From contig CAXKVF010000084.1 of NCBI GenBank assembly GCA_964057225.1, positions 124,001 to 188,000 on the forward strand: a DNA stretch of 64,000 nt, read 5' to 3'. The DNA comes from Auanema rhodensis (taxonomy: Eukaryota; Animalia; Nematoda). Both the position numbers and the translations under genes were made by a program. This document shows, piece after piece, positions 1 through 12,249 of the stretch. The notes below the pieces were generated by a model that was not told the DNA's origin, made no database searches, and worked only from the letters and a program-made list of their open reading frames with translations. Each line of letters begins with the position of its first letter. Positions within the stretch are counted from its first letter, which is position 1.

Positions 1-71
1 TCAATAAAAATTTGTTTTTAGACTAATATGGACATGGGGAATCTAATTTTGAAAACCGCATCTCTTTATCT

Positions 72-143
72 TTCACGTGAAGCGAGTTACATACCAAGTG
101 CCCATCACGTGTACATTTAATTAGCATAAATTAAAGTTCACGT
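72..143. other. Per-monomer motif cluster (first monomer shown): TTCACGTGAA (72-81), ATCACGTG (104-111), TTCACGTA (137-144); E-box/G-box-type sequences
   Basis: Read directly from the sequence and present in most monomers. CACGTG is the canonical bHLH(-ZIP) E-box. Protein binding here is not demonstrated. Confidence 0.6.
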
Positions 144-176
144 AAATTTCAAAGTCATGGTTACCATGCACCAATA

Positions 177-407
177 TCAATAAAAATTTGTTTTTAGACT
201 AATATGGACATGAGGAATCTAATTTTGAAAACCGCATCTCTTTATCTTTCACGTGAAGTGAGTTACATACCAAGTGCACATGAAAACCGCATCTCTTTAT
301 CTTTCACGTGAAGCGAGTTACATACCAAGTGCACATTACGTGTACATTTAATTAGCATAAATTAAAGTTCACGTAAAATTCAAAGTCATGGTTACCATGC
401 ACCAATA
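177..407 (+). repeat. 231-bp variant monomer with an internal 55-bp tandem duplication (226-280 / 281-335)
   Basis: The junction reads ...CAAGTGCACA|TGAAAACCGC... at 280/281, duplicating monomer positions 50-104. The first copy carries GAAGTG (C>T at 259). Confidence 0.97.
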
Positions 408-3400
408 TCAATAAAAATTTGTTTTTAGACTAATATGGACATGGGGAATCTAATTTTGAAAACCGCATCTCTTTATCTTTTACGTGAAGCGAGTTACATA
501 CCAAGTGCACATCACGTGTACATTTAATTAGCATAAATTAAAGTTCACGTAAATTTCAAAGTCATGGTTACCATGCACCAATATCAATAAAAATTTGTTT
601 TTAGACTAATATGGACATGGGGAATCTAATTTTGAAAACCGCATCTCTTTATCTTTCACGTGAAGCGAGTTACATACCAAGTGCACATCACGTGTACATT
701 TAATTAGCATAAATTAAAGTTCACGTAAATTTCAAAGTCATGGTTACCATGCACCAATATCAATAAAAATTCGTTTTTAGACTAATATGGACATGGGGAA
801 TCTAATTTTGAAAACCGTATCTCTTTATCTTTCACGTGAAGCGAGTTACATACCAAGTGCACATCACGTGTACATTTAATTAGCATAAATTAAAGTTCAC
901 GTAAATTTCAAAGTCATGGTTACCATGAACCAATATCAATACAAATTTGTTTTTAGACTAATATGGACATGGGGAATCTAATTTTGAAAACCGCATCTCT
1001 TTATCTTTCACGTGAAGCGAGTTACATACCAAGTGCACATTACGTGTACATTTAATTAGCATAAATTAAAGTTCACGTAAAATTCAAAGTCATGGTTACC
1101 ATGCACCAATATCAATAAAAATTTGTTTTTAGACTAATATGGACATGGGGAATCTAATTTTGAAAACCGCATCTCTTTATCTTTCACGTGAAGCGAGTTA
1201 CATACCAAGTGCACATCACGTGTACATTTAATTAGCATAAATTAAAGTTCACGTAAATTTCAAAGTCATGGTTACCATGCACCAATATCAATAAAAATTT
1301 GTTTTTAGACTAATATGGACATGGGGAATCTAATTTTGAAAACCGCATCTCTTTATCTTTCACGTGAAGCGAGTTACATACCAAGTGCACATCACGTGTA
1401 CATTTAATTAGCATAAATTAAAGTTCACGTAAATTTCAAAGTCATGGTTACCATGAACCAATATCAATACAAATTTGTTTTTAGACTAATATGGACATGG
1501 GGAATCTAATTTTGAAAACCGCATCTCTTTATCTTTCACGTGAAGCGAGTTACATACCAAGTGCACATTACGTGTACATTTAATTAGCATAAATTAAAGT
1601 TCACGTAAAATTCAAAGTCATGGTTACCATGCACCAATATCAATAAAAATTTGTTTTTAGACTAATATGGACATGGGGAATCTAATTTTGAAAACCGCAT
1701 CTCTTTATCTTTCACGTGAAGCGAGTTACATACCAAGTGCACATTACGTGTACATTTAATTAGCATAAATTAAAGTTCACGTAAAATTCAAAGTCATGGT
1801 TACCATAAACCAATATCAATAAAAATTTGTTTTTAGACTAATATGGACATGGGGAATCTAATTTTGAAAACCGCATCTCTTTATCTTTCACGTGAAGCGA
1901 GTTACATACCAAGTGCACATCACGTGTACATTTAATTAGCATAAATTAAAGTTCACGTAAATTTCAAAGTCATGGTTACCATGAAGCAATATCAATAAAA
2001 ATTTGTTTTTAGACTAATATGGACATGGGGAATCTAATTTTGAAAACCGCATCTCTTTATCTTTCACGTGAAGTGAGTTACATACCAAGTGCACATGAAA
2101 ACCGCATCTCTTTATCTTTCACGTGAAGCGAGTTACATACCAAGTGCACATTACGTGTACATTTAATTAGCATAAATTAAAGTTCACGTAAAATTCAAAG
2201 TCATGGTTACCATGCACCAATATCAATAAAAATTTGTTTTTAGACTAATATGGACATGGGGAATCTAATTTTGAAAACCGCATCTCTTTATCTTTCACGT
2301 GAAGCGAGTTACATACCAAGTGCACATCACGTGTACATTTAATTAGCATAAATTAAAGTTCACGTAAATTTCAAAGTCATGGTTACCATGCACCAATATC
2401 AATAAAAATTTGTTTTTAGACTAATATGGACATGGGGAATCTAATTTTGAAAACCGCATCTCTTTATCTTTCACGTGAAGCGAGTTACATACCAAGTGCA
2501 CATCACGTGTACATTTAATTAGCATAAATTAAAGTTCACGTAAATTTCAAAGTCATGGTTACCATGCACCAATATCAATAAAAATTCGTTTTTAGACTAA
2601 TATGGACATGGGGAATCTAATTTTGAAAACCGTATCTCTTTATCTTTCACGTGAAGCGAGTTACATACCAAGTGCACATCACGTGTACATTTAATTAGCA
2701 TAAATTAAAGTTCACGTAAATTTCAAAGTCATGGTTACCATGAACCAATATCAATACAAATTTGTTTTTAGACTAATATGGACATGGGGAATCTAATTTT
2801 GAAAACCGCATCTCTTTATCTTTCACGTGAAGCGAGTTACATACCAAGTGCACATTACGTGTACATTTAATTAGCATAAATTAAAGTTCACGTAAAATTC
2901 AAAGTCATGGTTACCATGCACCAATATCAATAAAAATTTGTTTTTAGACTAATATGGACATGGGGAATCTAATTTTGAAAACCGCATCTCTTTATCTTTC
3001 ACGTGAAGCGAGTTACATACCAAGTGCACATCACGTGTACATTTAATTAGCATAAATTAAAGTTCACGTAAATTTCAAAGTCATGGTTACCATGCACCAA
3101 TATCAATAAAAATTTGTTTTTAGACTAATATGGACATGGGGAATCTAATTTTGAAAACCGCATCTCTTTATCTTTCACGTGAAGCGAGTTACATACCAAG
3201 TGCACATCACGTGTACATTTAATTAGCATAAATTAAAGTTCACGTAAATTTCAAAGTCATGGTTACCATGAACCAATATCAATACAAATTTGTTTTTAGA
3301 CTAATATGGACATGGGGAATCTAATTTTGAAAACCGCATCTCTTTATCTTTCACGTGAAGCGAGTTACATACCAAGTGCACATTACGTGTACATTTAATT

Positions 3401-3888
3401 AGCATAAATTAAAGTTCACGTAAAATTCAAAGTCATGGTTACCATGCACCAATATCAATAAAAATTTGTTTTTAGACTAATATGGACATGGGGAATCTAA
3501 TTTTGAAAACCGCATCTCTTTATCTTTCACGTGAAGCGAGTTACATACCAAGTGCACATTACGTGTACATTTAATTAGCATAAATTAAAGTTCACGTAAA
3601 ATTCAAAGTCATGGTTACCATAAACCAATATCAATAAAAATTTGTTTTTAGACTAATATGGACATGGGGAATCTAATTTTGAAAACCGCATCTCTTTATC
3701 TTTCACGTGAAGCGAGTTACATACCAAGTGCACATCACGTGTACATTTAATTAGCATAAATTAAAGTTCACGTAAATTTCAAAGTCATGGTTACCATGAA
3801 GCAATATCAATAAAAATTTGTTTTTAGACTAATATGGACATGGGGAATCTAATTTTGAAAACCGCATCTCTTTATCTTTCACGTGAAG
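214..3888 (+). repeat. Higher-order duplication, 10-mer (1815-bp unit), 2 copies
   Basis: Markers at +1815: 55-bp duplication 226/2041, TTCG 772/2587, ACCATAAAC 1807/3622. One difference seen (481 T vs 2296 C). Boundaries are approximate. Confidence 0.93.
1992..2222 (+). repeat. Second copy of the 231-bp variant monomer (55-bp duplication 2041-2095 / 2096-2150)
   Basis: Same junction and same C>T (2074) as the first copy, offset by 1815 bp (10 x 176 + 55). Confidence 0.97.
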
Positions 3889-5737
3889 CGAGTTACATAC
3901 CAAGTGCACATCACGTGTACATTTAATTAGCATAAATTAAAGTTCACGTAAATTTCAAAGTCATGGTTACCATGAACCAATATCAATAAAAATTTGTTTT
4001 TAGACTAATATGGACATGGGGAATCTAATTTTGAAAACCGCATCTCTTTATCTTTCACGTGAAGCGAGTTACATACCAAGGGCACATCACGTGTACATTT
4101 AATTAGCATAAATTAAAGTTCACGTAAATTTCAAAGTCATGGTTACCATGCACCAATATCAATAAAAATTTGTTTTTAGACTAATATGGACATGGGGAAT
4201 CTAATTTTGAAAACCGCATCTCTTTATCTTTCACGTGAAGCGAGTTACATACCAAGTGCACATCACGTGTACATTTAATTAGCATAAATTAAAGTTCACG
4301 TAAATTTCAAAGTCATGGTTACCATGAACCAATATCAATAAAAATTTGTTTTTAGACTAATATGGACATGGGGAATCTAATTTTGAAAACCGCATCTCTT
4401 TATCTTTCACGTGAAGCGAGTTACATACCAAGTGCACATCACGTGTACATTTAATTAGCATAAATTAAAGTTCACGTAAATTTCAAAGTCATGGTTACCA
4501 TGAAGCAATATCAATAAAAATTTGTTTTTAGACTAATATGGACATGGGGAATCTAATTTTGAAAACCGCATCTCTTTATCTTTCACGTGAAGCGAGTTAC
4601 ATACCAAGTGCACATCACGTGTACATTTAATTAGCATAAATTAAAGTTCACGTAAATTTCAAAGTCATGGTTACCATGAACCAATATCAATAAAAATTTG
4701 TTTTTAGACTAATATGGACATGGGGAATCTAATTTTGAAAACCGCATCTCTTTATCTTTCACGTGAAGCGAGTTACATACCAAGTGCACATCACGTGTAC
4801 ATTTAATTAGCATAAATTAAAGTTCACGTAAATTTCAAAGTCATGGTTACCATGCACCAATATCAATAAAAATTTGTTTTTAGACTAATATGGACATGGG
4901 GAATCTAATTGTGAAAACCGCATCTCTTTATCTTTCACGTGAAGCGAGTTACATACCTAGTGCACATCACGTGTACATTTAATTAGCATAAATTAAAGTT
5001 CACGTTAATTTCAAAGTCATGGTTACCATGAAGCAATATCAATAAAAATTTGTTTTTAGACTAATATGGACATGGGGAATCTAATTTTGAAAACCGCATC
5101 TCTTTATCTTTCAAGTGAAGCGAGTTACATACCAAGTGCACATCACGTGTACATTTAATTAGCATAAATTAAAGTTCACGTAAATTTCAAAGTCATGGTT
5201 ACCATGAACCAATATCAATAAAAATTTGTTTTTAGACTAATATGGACATGGGGAATCTAATTTTGAAAACCGCATCTCTTTATCTTTCACGTGAAGCGAG
5301 TTACATACCAAGTGCACATCACGTGTACATTTAATTAGCATAAATTAAAGTTCACGTAAATTTCAAAGTCATGGTTACCATGCACCAATATCAATAAAAA
5401 TTTGTTTTTAGACTAATATGGACATGGGGAATCTAATTTTGAAAACCGCATCTCTTTATCTTTCACGTGAAGCGAGTTACATACCAAGTGCACATCACGT
5501 GTACATTTAATTAGCGTAAATTAAAGTTCACGTAAATTTCAAAGTCATGGTTACCATGAACCAAAATCAATAAAAATTTGTTTTTAGACTAATATGGACA
5601 TGGGGAATCTAATTTTGAAAACCGCATCTCTTTATCTTTCACGTGAAGCGAGTTACATACCAAGTGCACATCACGTGTACATTTAATTAGCATAAATTAA
5701 AGTTCACGTAAATTTCAAAGTCATGGTTACCATGAAG

Positions 5738-6846
5738 CAATATCAATAAAAATTTGTTTTTAGACTAATATGGACATGGGGAATCTAATTTTGAAAACCG
5801 CATCTCTTTATCTTTCACGTGAAGCGAGTTACATACCAAGTGCACATCACGTGTACATTTAATTAGCATAAATTAAAGTTCACGTAAATTTCAAAGTCAT
5901 GGTTACCATGAAGCAATATCAATAAAATTTTGTTTTTAGACTAATATGGACATGGAGATTCTAATTTTGAAAACCGCATCTCTTTATCTTGCACGTGAAG
6001 CGAGTTACATACCAAGTGCACATCACGTGTACATTTAATTAGCATAAATTAAAGTTCACGTAAATTTCAAAGTCATGGTTACCATGAACCAATATCAATA
6101 AAAATTTGTTTTTAGACTAATATGGACATGTGGAATCTAATTTTGAAAACCGCATCTCTTTATCTTTCACGTGAAGCGAGTTACATACCAAGTGCACATC
6201 ACGTGTACATTTAATTAGCATAAATTAAAGTTCACGTAAATTTCAAAGTCATGGTTACCATGCACCAATATCAATAAAAATTTGTTTTTAGACTAATATG
6301 GACATGGGGAATCTAATTTTGAAAACCGCATCTCTTTATCTTTCACGTGAAGCGAGTTACATACCAAGTGCACATCACGTGTACATTTAATTAGCATAAA
6401 TTAAAGTTCACGTAAATTTCAAAGTCATGGTTACCATGAAGCAATATCAATAAAATTTTGTTTTTAGACTAATATGGACATGGAGATTCTAATTTTGAAA
6501 ACCGCATCTCTTTATCTTGCACGTGAAGCGAGTTACATACCAAGTGCACATCACGTGTACATTTAATTAGCATAAATTAAAGTTCACGTAAATTTCAAAG
6601 TCATGGTTACCATGAACCAATATCAATAAAAATTTGTTTTTAGACTAATATGGACATGTGGAATCTAATTTTGAAAACCGCATCTCTTTATCTTTCACGT
6701 GAAGCGAGTTACATACCAAGTGCACATCACGTGTACATTTAATTAGCATAAATTAAAGTTCACGTAAATTTCAAAGTCATGGTTACCATGCACCAATATC
6801 AATAAAAATTTGTTTTTAGACTAATATGGACATGGGGAATCTAATT
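5738..6846 (+). repeat. Higher-order duplication, 3-mer (528-bp unit), 2 copies
   Basis: Private markers at +528: GGAGATT 5956/6484, CTTGCACG 5991/6519, CATGTGG 6131/6659. Confidence 0.93.
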
Positions 6847-9800
6847 GTGAAAACCGCATCTCTTTATCTTTCACGTGAAGCGAGTTACATACCAAGTGCA
6901 CATCACGTGTACATTTAATTAGCATAAATTAAAGTTCACGTAAATTTCAAAGTCATGGTTACCATGAACCAATATCAATAAAAATTTGTTTTTAGACTAA
7001 TATGGACATGGGGAATCTAATTTTGAAAACCGCATCTCTTTTTCTTTCACGTGAAGCGAGTTACATACCAAGTGCACATCACGTGTACATTTAATTAGCA
7101 TAAATTAAAGTTCACGTAAATTTCAAAGTCATGGTTACCATGAAGCAATATCAATAAAAATTTGTTTTTAGACTAATATGGACATGGGGAATCTAATTTT
7201 GAAAACCGCATCTCTTTATCTTTCACGTGAAGCGAGTTACATACCAAGTGCACATCACGTGTACATTTAATTAGCATAAATTAAAGTTCACGTAAATTTC
7301 AAAGTCATGGTTACCATGAACCAATATCAATAAAAATTTGTTTTTAGACTAATATGGACATGGGGAATCTAATTTTGAAAACCGCATCTCTTTATCTTTC
7401 ACGTGAAGCGAGTTACATACCAAGTGCACATCACGTGTACATTTAATTAGCATAAATTAAAGTTCACGTAAATTTCAAAGTCATGGTTACCATGCACCAA
7501 TATCAATAAAAATTTGTTTTTAGACTAATATGGACATGGGGAATCTAATTTTGAAAACCGCATCTCTTTATCTTTCACGTGAAGCGAGTTACATACCAAG
7601 TGCCCATCACGTGTACATTTAATTAGCATAAATTAAAGTTCACGTAAATTTCAAAGTCATGGTTACCATGCACCAATATCAATAAAAATTTGTTTTTAGA
7701 CTAATATGGACATGAGGAATCTAATTTTGAAAACCGCATCTCTTTATCTTTCACGTGAAGCGAGTTACATACCAAGTGCACATCACGTGTACATTTAATT
7801 AGCATAAATTAAAGTTCACGTAAATTTCAAAGTCATGGTTACCATGAAGCAATATCAATAAAAATTTGTTTTTAGACTAATATGGACATGGGGAATCTAA
7901 TTTTGAAAACCGCATCTCTTTATCTTTCACGTGAAGCGAGTTACATACCAAGTGCACATCACGTGTACATTTAATTAGCATAAATTAAAGTTCACGTAAA
8001 TTTCAAAGTCATGGTTACCATGAACCAATATCAATAAAAATTTGTTTTTAGACTAATATGGACATGGGGAATCTAATTTTGAAAACCGCATCTCTTTATC
8101 TTTCACGTGAAGCGAGTTACATACCAAGTGCACATCACGTGTACATTTAATTAGCATAAATTAAAGTTCACGTAAATTTCAAAGTCATGGTTACCATGCA
8201 CCAATATCAATAAAAATTTGTTTTTAGACTAATATGGACATGAGGAATCTAATTTTGAAAACCGCATCTCTTTATCTTTCACGTGAAGCGAGTTACATAC
8301 CAAGTGCACATCACGTGTACATTTAATTAGCATAAATTAAAGTTCACGTAAATTTCAAAGTCATGGTTACCATGAAGCAATATCAATAAAAATTTGTTTT
8401 TAGACTAATATGGACATGGGGAATCTAATTTTGAAAACCGCATCTCTTTATCTTTCACGTGAAGCGAGTTACATACCAAGTGCACATCACGTGTACATTT
8501 AATTAGCATAAATTAAAGTTCACGTAAATTTCAAAGTCATGGTTACCATGAACCAATATCAATAAAAATTTGTTTTTAGACTAATATGGACATGGGGAAT
8601 CTAATTTTGAAAACCGCATCTCTTTATCTTTCACGTGAAGCGAGTTACATACCAAGTGCACATCACGTGTACATTTAATTAGCATAAATTAAAGTTCACG
8701 TAAATTTCAAAGTCATGGTTACCATGCACCAATATCAATAAAAATTTGTTTTTAGACTAATATGGACATGGGGAATCTAATTTTGAAAACCGCATCTCTT
8801 TATCTTTCACGTGAAGCGAGTTACATACCAAGTGCACATCACGTGTACATTTAATTAGCATAAATTAAAGTTCACGTAAATTTCAAAGTCATGGTTACCA
8901 TGAAGCAATATCAATAAAAATTTGTTTTTAGACTAATATGGACATGGGGAATCTAATTTTGAAAACCGCATCTCTTTATCTTTCACGTGAAGGGAGTTAC
9001 ATACCAAGTGCACATCACGTGTACATTTAATTAGCATAAATTAAAGTTCACGTAAATTTCAAAGTCATGGTTACCATGAACCAATATCAATAAAAATTTG
9101 TTTTTAGACTAATATGGACATGGGGAATCTAATTTTGAAAACCGCATCTCTTTATCTTTCACGTGAAGCGAGTTACATACCAAGTGCACATCACGTGTAC
9201 ATTTAATTAGCATAAATTAAAGTTCACGTAAATTTCAAAGTCATGGTTACCATGAACCAATATCAATAAAAATTTGTTTTTAGACTAATATGGACATGGG
9301 GAATCTAATTTTGAAAACCGCATCTCTTTATCTTTCACGTGAAGCGAGTTACATACCAAGTGCACATCACGTGTACATTTAATTAGCATAAATTAAAGTT
9401 CACGTAAATTTCAAAATCATGGTTACCATGCACCAATATCAATAAAAATTTGTTTTTAGACTAATATGGACATGGGGAATCTAATTTTGAAAACCGCATC
9501 TCTTTATCTTTCACGTGAAGCGAGTTACATACCAAGTGCACATCACGTGTACATTTAATTAGCATAAATTAAAGTTCACGTAAATTTCAAAGTCATGGTT
9601 ACCATGCACCAATATCAATAAAAATTTGTTTTTAGACTAATATGGACATGGGGAATCTAATTTTGAAAACCGCATCTCTTTATCTTTCACGTGAAGCGAG
9701 TTACATACCAAGTGCACATCACGTGTACATTTAATTAGCATAAATTAAAGTTCACGTAAATTTCAAAGTCATGGTTACCATGAAGCAATATCAATAAAAA

Positions 9801-12249
9801 TTTGTTTTTAGACTAATATGGACATGGGGAATCTAATTTTGAAAACCGCATCTCTTTATCTTTCACGTGAAGGGAGTTACATACCAAGTGCACATCACGT
9901 GTACATTTAATTAGCATAAATTAAAGTTCACGTAAATTTCAAAGTCATGGTTACCATGAAGCAATATCAATAAAAATTTGTTTTTAGACTAATATGGACA
10001 TGGGGAATCTAATTTTGAAAACCGCATCTCTTTATCTTTCACGTGAAGGGAGTTACATACCAAGTGCACATCACGTGTACATTTAATTAGCATAAATTAA
10101 AGTTCACGTAAATTTCAAAGTCATGGTTACCATGAACCAATATCAATAAAAATTTGTTTTTAGACTAATATGGACATGGGGAATCTAATTTTGAAAACCG
10201 CATCTCTTTATCTTTCACGTGAAGCGAGTTACATACCAAGTGCACATTACGTGTACATTTAATTAGCATAAATTAAAGTTCACGTAAATTTCAAAGTCAT
10301 GGTTACCATGCACCAATATCAATAAAAATTTGTTTTTAGACTAATATGGACATGGGGAATCTAATTTTGAAAACCGCATCTCTTTATCTTTCACGTGAAG
10401 CGAGTTACATACCAAGTGCACATCACGTGTACATTTAATTAGCATAAATTAAAGTTCACGTAAATTTCAAAGTCATGGTTACCATGCACCAATATCAATA
10501 AAAATTTGTTTTTAGACTAATATGGACATGGGGAATCTAATTTTGAAAACCGCATCTCTTTATCTTTCACGTGAAGCGAGTTACATACCAAGTGCACATC
10601 ACGTGTACATTTAATTAGCATAAATTAAAGTTCACGTAAATTTCAAAGTCATGGTTACCATGCACCAATATCAATAAAAATTTGTTTTTAGACTAATATG
10701 GACATGGGGGATCTAATTTTGAAAACCGCATCTCTTTATCTTTCACGTGAAGCGAGTTACATACCAAGTGCACATCAAGTGTACATTTAATTAGCATAAA
10801 TTAAAGTTCACGTAAATTTCAAAGTCATGGTTACCATGCACCAATATCAATAAAAATTTGTTTTTAGACTAATATGGACATGGGGAATCTAATTGTGAAA
10901 ACCGCATCTCTTTATCTTTCACGTGAAGCGAGTTACATACCAAGTGCACATCACGTGTACATTTAATTAGCATAAATTGAAGTTCACGTAAATTTCAAAG
11001 TCATGGTTACCATGAACCAATATCAATAAAAATTTGTTTTTAGACTAATATGGACATGGGGAATCTAATTTTGAAAACCGCATCTCTTTATCTTTCACGT
11101 GAAGCGAGTTACTTACCAAGTGCACATCACGTGTACATTTAATTAGCATAAATTAAAGTTCACGTAAATTTCAAAGTCATGGTTACCATGAACCAATATC
11201 AATAAAAATTTGTTTTTAGACTAATATGGACATGGGGAATCTAATTTTGAAAACCGCATCTTTTTATCTTTCACGTGAAGCGAGTTACATACCAAGTGCA
11301 CATCACGTGTACATTTAATTAGCATAAATTAAAGTTCACGTAAATTTCAAAGTCATGGTTACCATGCACCAATATCAATAAAAATTTGTTTTTAGACTAA
11401 TATGGACATGGGGAATCTAATTTTGAAAACCGCATCTCTTTATTTTTCACGTGAAGCGAGTTACATACCAAGTGCACATCACGTGTACATTTAATTAGCA
11501 TGAATTAAAGTTCACGTAAATTTCAAAGTCATGGTTACCATGCATCAATATCAATAAAAATTTGTTTTTAGACTAATATGGACATGAGGAATCTAATTTT
11601 GAAAACCGCATCTCTTTATCTTTCACGTGAAGCGAGTTACATACCAAGTGCACATCACGTGTACATTTAATTAGCATAAATTAAAGTTCACGTAAATTTC
11701 AAAGTCAAGGTTACCATGAAGCAATATCAATAAAAATTTGTTTTTAGACTAATATGGACATGGGGAATCTAATTTTGAAAACCGCATCTCTTTATCTTTC
11801 ACGTGAAGCGAGTTACATACCAAGTGCACATCACGTGTACATTTAATTAGCATAAATTAAAGTTCACGTAAATTTCAAAGTCATGGTTACCATGAACCAA
11901 TATCAATAAAAATTTGTTTTTAGACTAATATGGACATGGGGAATCTAATTTTGAAAACCGCATCTCTTTATCTTTCACGTGAAGCGAGTTACATACCAAG
12001 TGCACATCACGTGTACATTTAATTAGCATAAATTAAAGTTCACGTAAATTTCAAAGTCATGGTTACCATGTACCAATATCAATAAAAATTTGTTTTTAGA
12101 CTAATATGGACATGGGGAATCTAATTTTGAAAACCGCATCTCTTTATCTTTCACGTGAAGCGAGTTACATACCAAGTGCACATCACGTGTACATTTAATT
12201 AGCATAAATTAAAGTTCACGTAAATTTCAAAGTCATGGTTACCATGAAC

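Noticed and set aside
3-20. AATAAA poly(A) signal or terminator-like T-run in each monomer
   Set aside because: Expected by chance in AT-rich DNA, with no associated gene or transcript evidence.
31-40. G-quadruplex or telomeric repeat
   Set aside because: Only one G4 run per 176 bp and no telomere-type short repeats.
1-176. Assignment to known satellites of similar size (Brassica CentBr, Arabidopsis CEN178, alpha satellite, honeybee AluI) or to 5S rRNA/tRNA/snRNA tandem genes
   Set aside because: Only the length is similar. I recognise no sequence similarity, the consensus lacks AGCT and AAGCTT sites, and no Pol III A/B/C boxes or cloverleaf are apparent. A database search is needed for any assignment.
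104-215. Resemblance to a budding-yeast point centromere: ATCACGTG (CDEI match), a 77-bp AT-rich spacer, then TGTTTTT (like the start of CDEIII)
   Set aside because: The spacer is only about 75% AT (CDEII is typically over 90%), the essential CCG core of CDEIII is absent at the expected position, and point centromeres are not tandemly arrayed. Only the CDEI-like motif is retained, as an E-box observation.
768-785. CENP-B box in TTCG-variant monomers
   Set aside because: Only TTCG matches. The A and CGGG of TTCGNNNNANNCGGG are missing.
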